Assembly: GCA_028534125.1 (NCBI GenBank)
Contig: CM052817.1
Coordinates: forward strand, 13,022,001 to 13,086,000
Source of the DNA: Lama glama
Lineage: Eukaryota
Direction of reading: 5' to 3'
DNA length: 64,000 bases
The position numbers were made by a program, and so were the translations under genes. Each line of letters begins with the position of its first letter. The stretch's first letter is position 1. Shown in pieces: positions 36,039 to 48,771 of the stretch. The notes beneath the pieces were generated by a model, which searched no databases, had not been told where the DNA came from, and was given only the letters and a program-made list of their open reading frames with translations.

Positions 36039-36153
36039 GGGGAGTGGATAGCTGAGTGGTAGAGTGCATGCTTAGCATGCACGAAGTCCTGGGTTCAATA
36101 CCCAGTACCGCCATTTAAAAAAAAAGGTAAAAAAAGTAATAAATAAAAATTAA
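36039..36153 (+). mobile_element. tRNA-Ala(AGC)-derived SINE (camelid Vic-1-like)
   Basis: Body GGGGAGTGGATAGCTGAGTGGTAGAGTGCATGCTTAGCATGCACGAAGTCCTGGGTTCAATACCCAGTACCGCCA has Pol III A and B boxes and an A-rich tail. Perfect 15-bp TSD AAAGAACACATCAGA at 36024-36038 and 36154-36168. Confidence 0.9.
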
Positions 36154-39100
36154 AAAGAACACATCAGACTCAGTAAAGAGGCTCAGTATGTATGATGCAT
36201 GAGCGAAATCATGCACCAAGATGATCAGGTGTGTGTCATAGACTGTGACATTTGTTAAGCATCAAATTATTCTTGCCTGTAGATAAGCGATATTGAACTG
36301 TCTTGAATTACATTTACTGACTGCGGTCTTCGAGGGCTTTAATGCAAGTGCACTGTTCGAAGTTTAGCAGAACATTGAATCTATCTGAGGGGGTTTCTCA
36401 TGCAGCAGTTTTTATGGGCCTTGAAGTTGAACGGTGGTGAGAAGGCCTCTTTGCTCTTTGTGGACCGTTTTGTGAATTCTGAAGCAGCAAGGCTGTTTAT
36501 TTTTCCCACATCTGTTTTGGGCTCATCCTTTGTGACAGTGTTTGCTGGATGCTGTGTCCTTTATACCTCCCCTGAAATGAGTAGTTTAGTTTGCACTGTT
36601 ACAATGTATTTGTGGAAGCGACGAATGTCAAATATTTCACATTGAGTTCTGTCTTTCATTCCTGTTGGATACCCTTCTGCTTGAATTATGGCTTTTAGAC
36701 TGAATGTCACAACTTTACATGGAATGAGAGACTTTTCTGCATGAACTGTATATATACATACATCACTCTTGTCTGTTTTCAAAGCAATTTGTGTCTGCTG
36801 CACTGGAAGGAATATTGGTGAAAACGCTTTCAGAATGAAAGTTTGGGAACGATAGGGCTGATTTGGTTTTAATGCAGTTGAAACAGTGCTTTTAGATAAC
36901 ATTTACAAAAAAATTATTTGTCCCCTGGCAGCGTCCGTCTGTCCTGGATGCAGGTGTTGCTCCAGCTCCTCTGCTGCTGCGCTCGGTCCTGGCAGGGAGC
37001 CCAGGGTGCAGAGAACCTAGTCTCCCCTCTGTGGAGGCACCTTGTAATTTCATACGCTATTGCCTGGTGTCCTGTGCAACAGGGGTGGACGCTAACTGGT
37101 TGTGCTGTTGATTTTGCTTTCTAAACAGATACAAACTCCTCTCCCCATTTTTAAAACCAGAGACATTAGGTAAGAGTGGCTTCAGAAAACCCTTGGTTTC
37201 AGTTTCATTGTAATCTTGATCTTGATCTAATTGCTTTATCTTTTAAAACCTCAGTTTTATGACCATTAAAACAGAGATAACTATTATATATTATACCTCG
37301 TAGTGGTGGTGCATGATTTAGTAAGGTCATCTACATAGCTTCACAAAACACTTGATGCAGGGTTGGCACTTAAAGAAGTATTATTATTATACGTTTCAGC
37401 GTCTCCTTTCCTGTTTTTCAGAAGCTGAGCTTAGGGATTATTTTCTCTTCCTGGGCTAATGTGTCTGTAAGAAATCTGACTTTTAAATATCTATATTTAG
37501 CATGATTTTAATTCTCATTTTCTTCTTATAGCATGTAATCAATAGAAGAGATGTGAAGACAGTACAAAACGTTCTCCAAAGTGTTTTCAGAGTATTTATC
37601 ATAATCTCTCTGAATATACAGAGAAATAGCCAGAAGTAAGGGGCATGAAGAGGAAGCAACATTTTTATTACTAAGTTTTGACTTCCCTACCATGCAATAC
37701 AAAGGGTGGAAATATAAAATTTATCTAGTGCTAGCTAAGTATTAAAAATATTAGCTTTAAAAATGTTAGAATAAAACATTTTTAAAAGGCAAGTGGAAGT
37801 TTTCCTGAGAAGAAGGCATTTATGTATGAGAAACAGGAGATTGTAAAAGACTTTTTAAGGGAGAATTTATCAAACCCTTGAAACAGACCAGGTGCGTTGT
37901 AAATACCTTACATTTACAGTGACAGGTAAGTATGAGACATACATTTTTTTTTTTTACCAGCTTTGGTAAAATTGTTTACATTTTACATTTTGGATTGGGG
38001 CAGAGTGTGCAAATATTAATTGAAATGAGGTGAAAGTTGAAACAATAACAGACTAACCTCTAGCAATGCGCAAGCCACAGGAGCAGCTGGCAGATAATAA
38101 TTTGAAACAGTGCTTGTCAGTGATGCTCAGGCTGCCCTTCAAGTTGAGGTTGTTAAGGATCAGCATTTCAGAGGCCAGTGGCGTTTAGTGTGTGATACAG
38201 ATCATTCACCCCACGGAAGGTCACACTCAAAAATAGCCCCTCCCACAGAGGAAACAGTTACTGGGATCTCTCACATCTTTGCCCTGAAAAAAAAAAAAAA
38301 CCTCAGAGACACCCATTACACGCCTTTCTGAAACCATGAATTACCGTCCAGAGAATTCTCAATCAGCCCTGAGATCTTGTGGGCAGATTCCGTCTAGCTG
38401 GTGATGACACTGGAGCTGGATATCCCTGAATCTCTGTTATCTGTCCTTCAACACAACAGAGTATCCTTGCTGGGAACAATAAGTAACTGACACACCTTGT
38501 CTGCTTAAGGCAGCTAATTTATGTTGGTTCCTATAAATCCTCCTCTGAGATGCCCTTAATTCCCTATTTGCTTTTTCTGTGTTCTTGGACTATCGGATTT
38601 TAACTTCTTTAACACATTTACATCAGAGTTACTACGACACTCTCATCTTCAAGTCTCTAAGAAGTATTCTGTGGTATTAGAAGATGCTAGGTTACTTCTT
38701 CTGCCGCTCTGTTTAGAAATTGACATGCACTTTAATAGTCTTTAACTTAATTCTAGATTTTTAAAAATCTTTAAAGATTTAATTTCTGGTCATTGTACAA
38801 GAAACTCTGCTTTAAATTATTCTCCTTCATTGCATATTTTGGAAGGGTTTCACTTTTTATTTTAATGTTTTATTTCCATTTATTCTTAGTACTGATGGGA
38901 GAGGGTAAAGAAGAGCAGGAACCAAAGGTGTTTCAATATTCTTTGAGAGGAAGAAAGTGCAGTCCTGTTGTTTTCTATGCACGTTGCCACGTCACCTATA
39001 ACCTACCTTTTTTCGTGTGACACTACCTTGTCTTATACACATGGTTGGTTTACACACATTAAAATCATGAATGATTTTCAGGAAATGATAAGTTACTTGA

Positions 39101-40665
39101 ATTCTGAGAAAAATGTTTTAGATGTATTTTCATTTTTCTCTCAACTTTAGGTACTTTAAATAGATCTTTAAAATAGTGAACTGACTAGAGAGCTAGTTTT
39201 TTCAAAAAATAAAGCTTGGTGGTATGTTATTTTCAGGTGATCCATTCATAGATATTTAAGAAGGGGGCTATATAAAACTATGTTTTTCACCAAAAAATAT
39301 TGGGGAAAAGGAAAGTTCAGGATGACATTATTTTGAATTATTGTTTAGGAATGTTTAGACTGTCTCTCTTTGAAAGGAATACGTTCTGGAGTCCCCCCAC
39401 CTGAATTTGAGTTCTGGCTATGCTTTCTGTGAGCTGGGGGCCTCCCTCCAAAACAGAAGTCACCATAGCACCTACTTGTGGGGCTGAATGAATGGGGTGA
39501 TTCACGTGAACCTCTCAGAACAGTGACCATCATGTAGTAGGCTTAGTATGTGTTAGCTGTTACTTTGGGAATGAATAAAGAACCACTGGGAATTTCAAAA
39601 AAAAAAATTAAGGAAAGACAGGGCTTGCACCCTGTCTGAATTATCTACTTCCTTACAATATTTGAGATGATACCAATGTAGACCCATTAGCAAGACATCT
39701 AGTAGCAGCAGTCACTCATATATCTGCACTTGTCTCAACATATTGACTCCTTTCAATTTGTAGATGGTGTTGAGAATAGCATGGCTGGGTGAAGCTGAAG
39801 GAAGGGAGAGGAGGCAGGTGCTGTAGAGGGCACAGGAAAGCAGGTTTGGTGGTGGGACTTAGGGTATCTGGAGAGTGGCTTGTAAAACCTAAGGCAGGTA
39901 CCTTGAGGAGCATGCCCGGAGAAAGTTGGCCGAACATAAAATGCGTACGCTAGGGTTTTCCTGAATTATATCAAAATGCAAAGAGCAGTTTGTTCTTATT
40001 CAGCATTTCCTAAGAACCTACTAAGTGCCAGGGAAGAAGGGAGGGAATGCATAGATGTGGTCTTTACACTTGAAGAGCTTACAGCCTGCTGGGAAACAGA
40101 CCCAGTACAGGACTAAATATAATCTGATAAATCAGATACTGCAGGCATATGGAGACACAGACAAGGGAGGAACTAACTTTATGCAGAAGAATCAGGGGAG
40201 TTACACAGAGGACCTAAGAAAGTACCATTTGGAGAAGAGAGAAGGCTCTATACAGAGTTCCATCTGCAGGAAATGGAACGTGCAGGACCATGCTGGTTTT
40301 GGCAGAACAGTCATGAACAATGTTTGTTAGTCTCGTGGTTTGGATCAGATCACGAACGCACACCTTTGTCATTTCAAAAATTGGAATTGCCTCTTTGGAC
40401 AATGGGGTGTCTTCCCTAGAAAAATTCTCGTTCCCACAGTTGTGAATATTTGTAATCTATTTTATCAAGACCCGAATATAACAAGGTCATAATTAAGTTA
40501 TATTTTATTGAAATTGTATAATAGTAGATTCTGGAAGTACTCTTTCCTCAGGATCATGCCCAGCAAAGAAAAAAAGACTTCTGGTTTCACTTAAAATTTA
40601 GCCTTGTTATATGCTTTATTTATGAAAATTAGTGTAAGTGAAAAGTCAGTCCACCCTTTCACTAT

Positions 40666-41028
40666 TTTTTAATAGTTAATTCTTCTTTATTGAGACATAG
40701 TTGAGGTATAATATATGCTTCAGGTGTATAGTATAGTGATTCACAATTTCTAAAGGTTATATTCCACTAATTACAAAATATTAACTGTATTCCCTGAGTT
40801 GTACTATGTATCTTTGTAGCTTAGTTGTTTGTATCTTTTAATCCTCTATCCTATTTTTGGCCCTCTCCCCTGCCCTCTCCCCACTGGTGAACCACTAGTT
40901 TGTTCTCTGCATCTGTGAGTCTGTTTCTTTTTTGTTATATTCACTATTTCGTTTTATGTTTAGATTCCATATATAAGTGATATCATACAGTGTCTTTCTC
41001 CATCTGACTTATTCCACTTTACATACGA
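40666..41028 (-). mobile_element. L1 3' end in SLIT2 intron 3, antisense
   Basis: L1 3'UTR motifs (ACCACTAGTTTGTTCTCTGCATCTGTGAGTCTGTTTC, TAGATTCCATATATAAGTGATATCATACAG). Perfect 15-bp TSD CCACCCTTTCACTAT at 40651-40665 and 41029-41043. Confidence 0.9.
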
Positions 41029-41194
41029 CCACCCTTTCACTATGAACTTCACCATTTTCCCTCTGATAGTCTCAGCATACGTTTTTATGAGCATGCATTT
41101 TATTAAGTGCTCAGAGTGTTTTAATAGATAACCAACTTCATCATAATATGCATTATGTCACAGAAGAGGGTAAAGGTAACTATCCTTGCTTGTG

Positions 41195-41620
41195 ACATTT
41201 TAGTGTTGGAAGAAGTTCTGAGGTTCACCTGGTCCAACTTTTCACCTGCTGCAGGATTTCTTTTCATTACATCTGTTGCAGGGGGAAAAAGAATGCATTG
41301 CCTCTGCTTGAATGTATGTGGGATAAGGAATTGAGAGTTTCTTAAGGCTGATCATCTCATTTCATGATATCTTTTATACTTAGAAAGGTCATCCGTATGA
41401 TCTACTTTCTTAAGAGTTACAATTCCTAGTGCCATTTCTGCCCTCTAGAGACTAAATAAGTGTAATTCTTGCTCCCGTCTGATGACAGTTTAAATAACTC
41501 TAGGTTGATATGCCCTCTTTTCCTGTCCCATTAGCAGTTATCTTTAAGATGAGAAACACCTCGTTTCTTCAGCATGACATTAACTTCATACTCTTCTCTA
41601 CAGTCATAGCAGCTTATAAA
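41195..41620 (-). mobile_element. L3/CR1 LINE fragment
   Basis: GAGGTTCACCTGGTCCAAC...GCCTCTGCTTGAAT...TTAGAAAGGTC...TTCTGCCCTCTAGAG motifs. Confidence 0.55.
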
Positions 41621-42493
41621 TCATTAAAGTGTGCCTTTTGCATCAACTTGTTATCATTTTATTTAAATTTGGGGAAAGTAGATAGACATTTATTTTTACT
41701 GGCACGTTGTTCAGTTGTGTATGTAAAATGAGTGGGGTTGGGATATTAATGCATCAGGGGTAGGATTTGCCACTCTTTAGCAAATGTGCATTGTCCAAAA
41801 GAACTTAGTCACGTAGCACTAGGGCTTAAATTGAGTTAGACTTACAATCAAATTCTTTTCTAAAATATTTAAAACATCCCCCTATCAGTTAAACATTAAA
41901 AAATAATACTTTAGCATTGTGCCATCACTGATAGTTATAACTCAGCCTTGATATTCAGTTACCTGTGGATTGTGGTTTTCTTCTGATTTTGCCTACAGGG
42001 ACAAATCATGCTGACACTTCCTCACACATTTTTTCTGCAACCAAATGAAAAGCTTAAAAAAAATGAAATTTTCATCTCCCCACGGTGCTTTGGCTGAAAT
42101 TTAGGTCATTTGGGGTAGCATATGAATTATTTTAGGGCACCATTTAATGTGTTATTTCTGCTGTGTGTTGAACTTGCCTGCCCTCGACACCAGATTCTGA
42201 GTCCAGAAATCCTTTTTCATTGCGTCTCTACTGGTTGACTGATGTTGCGCTGGGATGTGAGTTTAGACTTCAGACCTTAGTAATCATCACCTGAGTAAGC
42301 ACCACAGAAAATCGCTTTAAAGAGTCATGTAGCAAGAGGTGTAACCAACTTTTGATTTGTAATGCTTGAATTCTCTTGAATGTCATTTCATTCTTTCCTT
42401 AAATGCAGGATGAGGCATGACACTCCCCAGTCACAATCTCATTGTTGGGTACTTTCTATGTAACATACGCTTTGTTTTTGTTTTTCTCAAAAG

Positions 42494-42565
42494 GCGTTTA
42501 AACAGAAATCACCTTCAGCTGTTTCCTGAGTTGCTGTTTCTTGGAACTGCGAAGCTGTACAGGCT
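42494..42565 (+). CDS. SLIT2: SLIT2 coding exon 4 (one 24-aa LRR)
   Basis: Acceptor tttgtttttgtttttctcaaaag|G. 72 nt encoding (L)[23 protein letters not shown](L). Donor CT|GTAAGT. Confidence 0.97.
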
Positions 42566-45500
42566 GTAAGTAGACAGAAATAGTTATTGTTGCTCTGGGT
42601 AGTACCTTGCGTTTTATTGAATGTATTTTGGATCTGTTTCCTTGTGCTTTCCTGGAATCTATTCACCAGTAGATTAATGGATTAAAATTTTGCCTTTTTT
42701 TTTTTTTTGGAAATTTATGATTGGTTTCCCAGTGGTTCCAGTTCTTTTATTTGGTCAGCACTTACTGGTTCATGTCTGTGTCATTGCGATTGTATTATTC
42801 TTTTTTTGGTCCTGTTGGGGAGATTGGCCTGACTTCTTTCTGGAAACTTTTAATTATGTTCTGAAGGGACAGATTGCCAGTGCACTTCCTCTTCAGAGGA
42901 AATTGGCAGTGTTTTCTTGTAAAGTTGGGCTTCTTAATGTCAGCTTTTTTGATATTGTTTCTGTACTCAAATACTGTTTATTAGTCTGGAAATATTATTA
43001 TAAGGTGTTTAAAGAGGGCTATAAATTTCCTCTTAAATGTTCCTTTTAAAGCCAGAATTCCAAACTTTGCCATGTGAATGACTGCAAAGGTTTCATATCA
43101 AATACGTCATTGACTGTTAGCGGAAGTACTTCTTTGGAAGGAGTGTAATGTGAGTTTTAGGCAGATCGGTTTTTCCTCCCTGGAATGCTTGTTCATTGAC
43201 CTAATGCACAAGAGTGAAAACACATTTTTGAAAGCTTTTAAAATTAGATCTTCAGCCATATGAATGATTTTGTGCAGATGGGAGATAAGCTACAAAGTGT
43301 TGGCAAAATAACTAGCTATGATTATTGATGTTCTTGGATGTTGTGAAGAGATCTTGGGGATACATAGAATAAATTGCTCAGTTGGCTCCCACCTGGATGG
43401 TGGGGAAGTTCCATATGGTCGTGCTTGTGGGGAAAGTGAGGAGATTGCAAAACCGAACTTGACTTTGTAGCCAAGGCATTGTAGCCTACTAGTTCAATAT
43501 TGTTATCAGTTCCAGAAGCAGGAAGGCTCTCTTCCCAGAGCCCTCCCCCACATTGTATCTCTGTTAGGATCTCTGTTAGGTCCTCCTAACACCTTAGCTC
43601 ACTGTAGAAAGAATTTATCCAGCAGGCGGAAGTGTAGCCAGCTACACACCAGGTCTTCTCTCTAGAATCTGACTTTCCTGTTTCTCTAAGGATAGCCAGA
43701 GTCGCTTAGCAGTATTTCTCCTCTGCTTTGTGTTTCCTGCTGGTTAATTGGCCCAATTTAAGTAAATTTTAAAGAATCCAATAAAGAAACCTTGAGACCA
43801 CCTTTTTAACAAGAATTCTCTGAGGACTAGTTTTACCAAGGAAACTGGATATAGGCTATTATGAAGATTATATGTATGAATATAAATTGATACTTAGATT
43901 TAATTATTTGTGCTTAATTTCCAAGAAGGGCTGCAGAGATGGCTTTCGTAGTATTCTGCTGTCTTTAACTTTTTTTTTGATTGAGGGGATTTTGAATCAT
44001 TGACTTCAAACCTAGTATACAGTGAGTGCAGTTAAACTACTACTTTGCTAATAATGTGCATATGAAAACAATCTGAATCGTCTAGAAGATTGTTTTCTAT
44101 GTAGCTGTGGAAATATAATTTAAGTGGAATGGCTGTTATAACTAGAATTAAAATTATTAAGATGAAGAGGGGGAAAATGTAGGAAGTAATTTTAATACTA
44201 TCTCTGAGAAACTAGAATATTTAGTTATTTTTTTTTTTTTTGCCCAGAAGTACTTGTATTAATTTTCATAGGAGAATTCAGGTGGTATAATCTAGTGCAG
44301 AATACCCTCTCAGCAAAGTATATTCTGTTTAATATTTTTCCCCCATTGACAATATCATATACTGGACCAAGGAATTGTCCTTTATGTTTTGTTATGTTTT
44401 TAAAACTATGAAGTTGCTGTGTGAAAGAAGACTTGAAATCCTTAAGTGAATGAAAGAAACAGAACCTATAAAACTATAAGGCAACATTTTCTAGTTAATT
44501 AAAAGCATGTCAAAATGGGAAAAGACTTATTCAGAATATTCAGAAAAGAATTGTTCAAAATTATGATGTGCCTATTTGGCTCAAAGGATTTTCCCTGGAG
44601 ATTAATGGAAGATTCAGTTTTGTTTCTGATGTGGAATTAGTTGTAAGAGAGACTCGAATGCTTTGATTTTCCTAAAGTTAGAGCTTGATGGCTTGATGTT
44701 TAATACTGTTTGGAACTTGACACCTTGACACAGGCATTGGATACACATAGAACCATAGATGTGTAATTTTTTTCTGCACCAGCAATCAGGAATCTTCTTT
44801 GGAGTTGAAGCACTGTTGTCTCACCTGAATTAGATTTTGTGGATTGTTAGAAATGATCTTTCTCTTGAGAAGATAAGTTATAAGCCACATGTGACTAGTT
44901 TTTTTTTTTTTTATGATGGTGATCACTAATTGAATTAAACAGCCCCCCTTAAGAGTCTTTAATAAACAAAGGGCCAAAGTCAGCTTGGGAAGCTGACTGC
45001 CAGGCTAGTGTAATTTCCAAGAGGAAGGATGCAAGTTCACATTTTTTCATATGATACAGGTGCCTAGTAGCTAACCCGAAACAAATGTTCTAACAGATGG
45101 AAAAATATGCACAAATCTACATACAAAAATGTCCTCTAAAATGTTCATTTAAAAATGAATGTTTCTTTCATAAGAAGGGTAAGGGACGGGACAAAGGAAA
45201 CAGAATTTTGGGCAAAAAAACATGGACAATATGTTGTGATGGGGAAAATTTGACTGGTTGTTGTATATGCACATTAAGTGATCTACAGTTGCCCTACTGC
45301 ATAATTTGGTAGAGCCATACACATCTAGAATTCATGAAAGAAACAAATTTAGAATTTATTTTCTCTTCATATAAATTATTGCATACTTCTCATTAGTATC
45401 TCTCTTTTCCTAACTTATTTTACATCTTACCCTTACTTAATACCATTTTTTCCTGATATTTTTTCCAATGAGAAGGTTTCCTTGTTTTAATATATAGTTC

Positions 45501-48500
45501 ATACACTGATGTTTGATTTTTATCATTGTTTGCCTAGATTAAATCTAGTCTGATCTACTGGACATTATACAGATTTTCTTTGTGCTTTTGTGATGAATAA
45601 TCACCATTTGACTCGGCTGAAAATGAGATGCCAGGTGAGGAGGCACACATGCTTGTTTTTTTAAACTCTAAATGCATTATGGAAGAAAAAGAGGGTACAC
45701 TGTATATGAATTATGATTGGACACGGTTGATTGCTGCTAGCGGCCAAATACGCTTTTCCTTTGCTGTCTGCTCCAATTTCTCTTTGGACGGGTTGAGAGA
45801 GCACTACATGTTCAGGTCAAGATGTTTGCTCAGAAATAGTAGTACAGTTGCAGCTGTGTTTGTTGGAGCAGGAGACTAGTTTAAATAGCATTACCATTTA
45901 TCCAGTCCATTAACAGAAGTCCGTAAAATAACACCAACTCTGCATAAACTGCAGGACAGTGTAATAAAATTACAAGCACTGTTGACAGATGGAAAGTGTA
46001 AGTAAAGAGAAAAGTGAAGGGCCATAGGTTGGAGGTTAAAAGAGACAGCACAGAGTTTTCTTAACTTATGCAGACACCACATCCTCCCCCTTTGCTCCAC
46101 CTGGTTGCATTTTTATTATCAGTTTAAGAGTGGAAAACAGGATTTTTCAGAGCAGTTAGGAGCTGGTTAACTGACAGAAATTTCAGTGACTTTTGAAATC
46201 GTTGATTATGATTGAAATTCATGAGCGGCATATACAAACCTTCCTGGAAAGTGTAACCTCGAAGGTGACTTACCCATGAGTGATTCACACTTTTTAGCTG
46301 AAGTTTGCAGCTACTCATCCAGGCTCATTAGAGAGGAATTTCATTGGCAGTACTGTGGTTAAGCATTTGGTTATAAATATTTGTTTTGTGGTTTTCAGTG
46401 TATTTCTTTGAGTAGTAGTATATTTACCCAGACTTCTAACATAAGCTTAAGTAGCCAGACCACGTTGTAAAACTTTGTTTTTCACTTATGTCTTCTGAAA
46501 CAAAACAAAACCAACAAACAAAAATAAATACATGGGTCCCAGAGATTCAATTTCTTTACTTCTTTGAATTAAAACTATTTCTGGTTAACAAGTGACATTT
46601 ATTACTCCCCAGTGAGCTTTGGAGCCACTAAATTATCTTACATTATAAGTAGTATTTTTAAAGGCAAGGAGTCTTTTTATGGCCTAGTAACTCCTTACCT
46701 GACGCAAATAGATTTTGAGCGCTTAATTCAATTGGTCAGGTCACAATTCATTTGTTATCACATAGGATCTCAGATTCTCCAAATTGTTTTTGATAATAGT
46801 TATTAAGATTCTTTAAGAGGAAAACTTAGTTTTTCTTCTATTAAGGTAAAAATTAATTTGCAAAACTTAACAAATATACAATGAAGCTGTGCGTGTTTCC
46901 CTTTCTCATAGAAGGAGCCTTAGTTTTTTATTCTGTTTTTTAATAGTTATAAGAGTAATGCATGCTTATATTAAGAAGATTTAGACAATTCAGAAAATTA
47001 GAAAAGTGGGTGGATAAATTCGCATTGTCTCACCACCCAGATACAACCACTAGAATACTTGTCAATGACTAGTAACGTGGTTTTCTTTTTCTATAATTAT
47101 GTTTATAAATGCTGGTGAATATGTATTAAAAAAACATTTTTTAATATCCCCAGGGTTTAGTATAAGGCTTGACCTTTAGAAAGCTCTCAGTAAGTGTTTG
47201 ATGTATTGCATTAAATCTCTGTCAGGTTCAGGGTTTGTAACTTGAATGGGCAAATAGTAACAATGGGAAGGCATTATGAATAATGGAGAGCCAAATTAAA
47301 TTTAAAGGATACCTTGGCTAATTAAATGTTCAGTCCCTTTAGGTTTTCGAAACATGGAAGGTAGACACAGCAAAATCAAAATGATTCATTTTTCACCTAA
47401 GCAAAATAAATAGACTTTCATTTAGTACAATACTAGACTGATGTAAGACTCCCCCCATCCCGACCCCAGTTCTCTGATGCCAGTTTAGTCTCAGAATTCT
47501 TGTATTCAAGGATAAAAGCAGAATACGACCGTGGTGCCTGTGTCAGAATTCCTCTTGAATTAATTTCTGCCAGCTCTGATTAAAGTGTGGGCTCCTAGAG
47601 GTGTCAGGTGCGTAGTTCCCTGCTTCATTTCACTCTTGGCCTGTTTGGCCCCTGCCACAATAAATCCGACAGTGGTAGCGCAGGAATTGCAGGTTCCAGT
47701 TGCCACGGTTACCGTTGTCCCACCAGATCGACATCATTACTCATCTAGTGAGCTGCCGCAGATCTCTGTGGCTGAGGCTGCCGGAGAGCTTCAGGTGCAG
47801 AGGAGAGAAGTGCTTCCGAGGTGGGGTGTCTGTCTATGCTATCATCCCATGCAAGGGTCCACTGTTTGTACTGTTAATGCTGGTACCTTTCTAAGGGGAA
47901 CAGATTGACTCTTTATCTTTGAAAACAAAGAACCAGTATGAAAGATAACACTTAGGAAAATGTTAACTGTCAGGGGTTAAAACACCAAGTCCCTAATGAG
48001 TTATTAAGTAACTTATTAATTACTTATTATTTTTGGGCCCAACGGATTCTCTTCTTGCCACTTAAAAAACAGATACATGAGGAACGTTGGAAGAAATTAC
48101 AGTTACGTAACCAAAGGTTTGTTTTTAAGTAGGTTTTTAAGACTTGATAGACTGATATCTGGACCATTTCAGAGTAGCCATTATGACTTGCCGTAAAAAA
48201 ACGAGCAAATGGCAAGCCATTTGACAGGACTTATTTTGATTTTGTTTGAAAATCAACATGCAGTCCTATGATTGAGAAGTTATAAATGCCACAAAGATTA
48301 AGATTGTATTTGAGATTTTTGCCAGGTCTCCTGTGGATGGTTTTTATTTTAAAGGGCTTACTAATAGAAGACTTGTTGCTGGAGAAAGTCAGATATTGGT
48401 AGGTTTGTACTGTTGCCAACCCACCCAGTAGACTCTCTGAGTGTGAAACCCACAACATAGTTTGTGGCATCGGGAAGTCAAGTGCAGGAAGGTCTTTCCC

Positions 48501-48729
48501 ACTCATGTTGAAATGGTTGCTTTCCCAAATGTAAATGTTTCTACCTCGAACAAGTCCCCATGGTTTGCCGACTTGAATTTGGTGAACACCGTGGTAGATG
48601 CTGGGGAGAAAAGCCATTATGGTATGTGGCCCCACACAATATGTGGGATTTGTGGACTTAAGCCATTGCTAACATCTGGCTTGGAATATGTAATAAAGCC
48701 TACCGAGTTCATAAAGAATGATTGTGTTT

Positions 48730-48771
48730 TTCAAAAGATGAATTTAAATATTCAAAAGATGAATTTAAATA
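48730..48771. repeat. Perfect 21-bp tandem duplication
   Basis: TTCAAAAGATGAATTTAAATA x2. Confidence 0.95.

Noticed and set aside
36039..36113. Possible functional tRNA-Ala gene
   Set aside because: A-rich tail, TSD, altered 5' end and substitutions in conserved positions indicate a retroposed element.
41436..41452. Second CTCF-like motif (TCTCTAGAGGGCAG, minus strand)
   Set aside because: Mismatch at a core C, and it lies within an L3/CR1 remnant where this sequence is inherited from the repeat.
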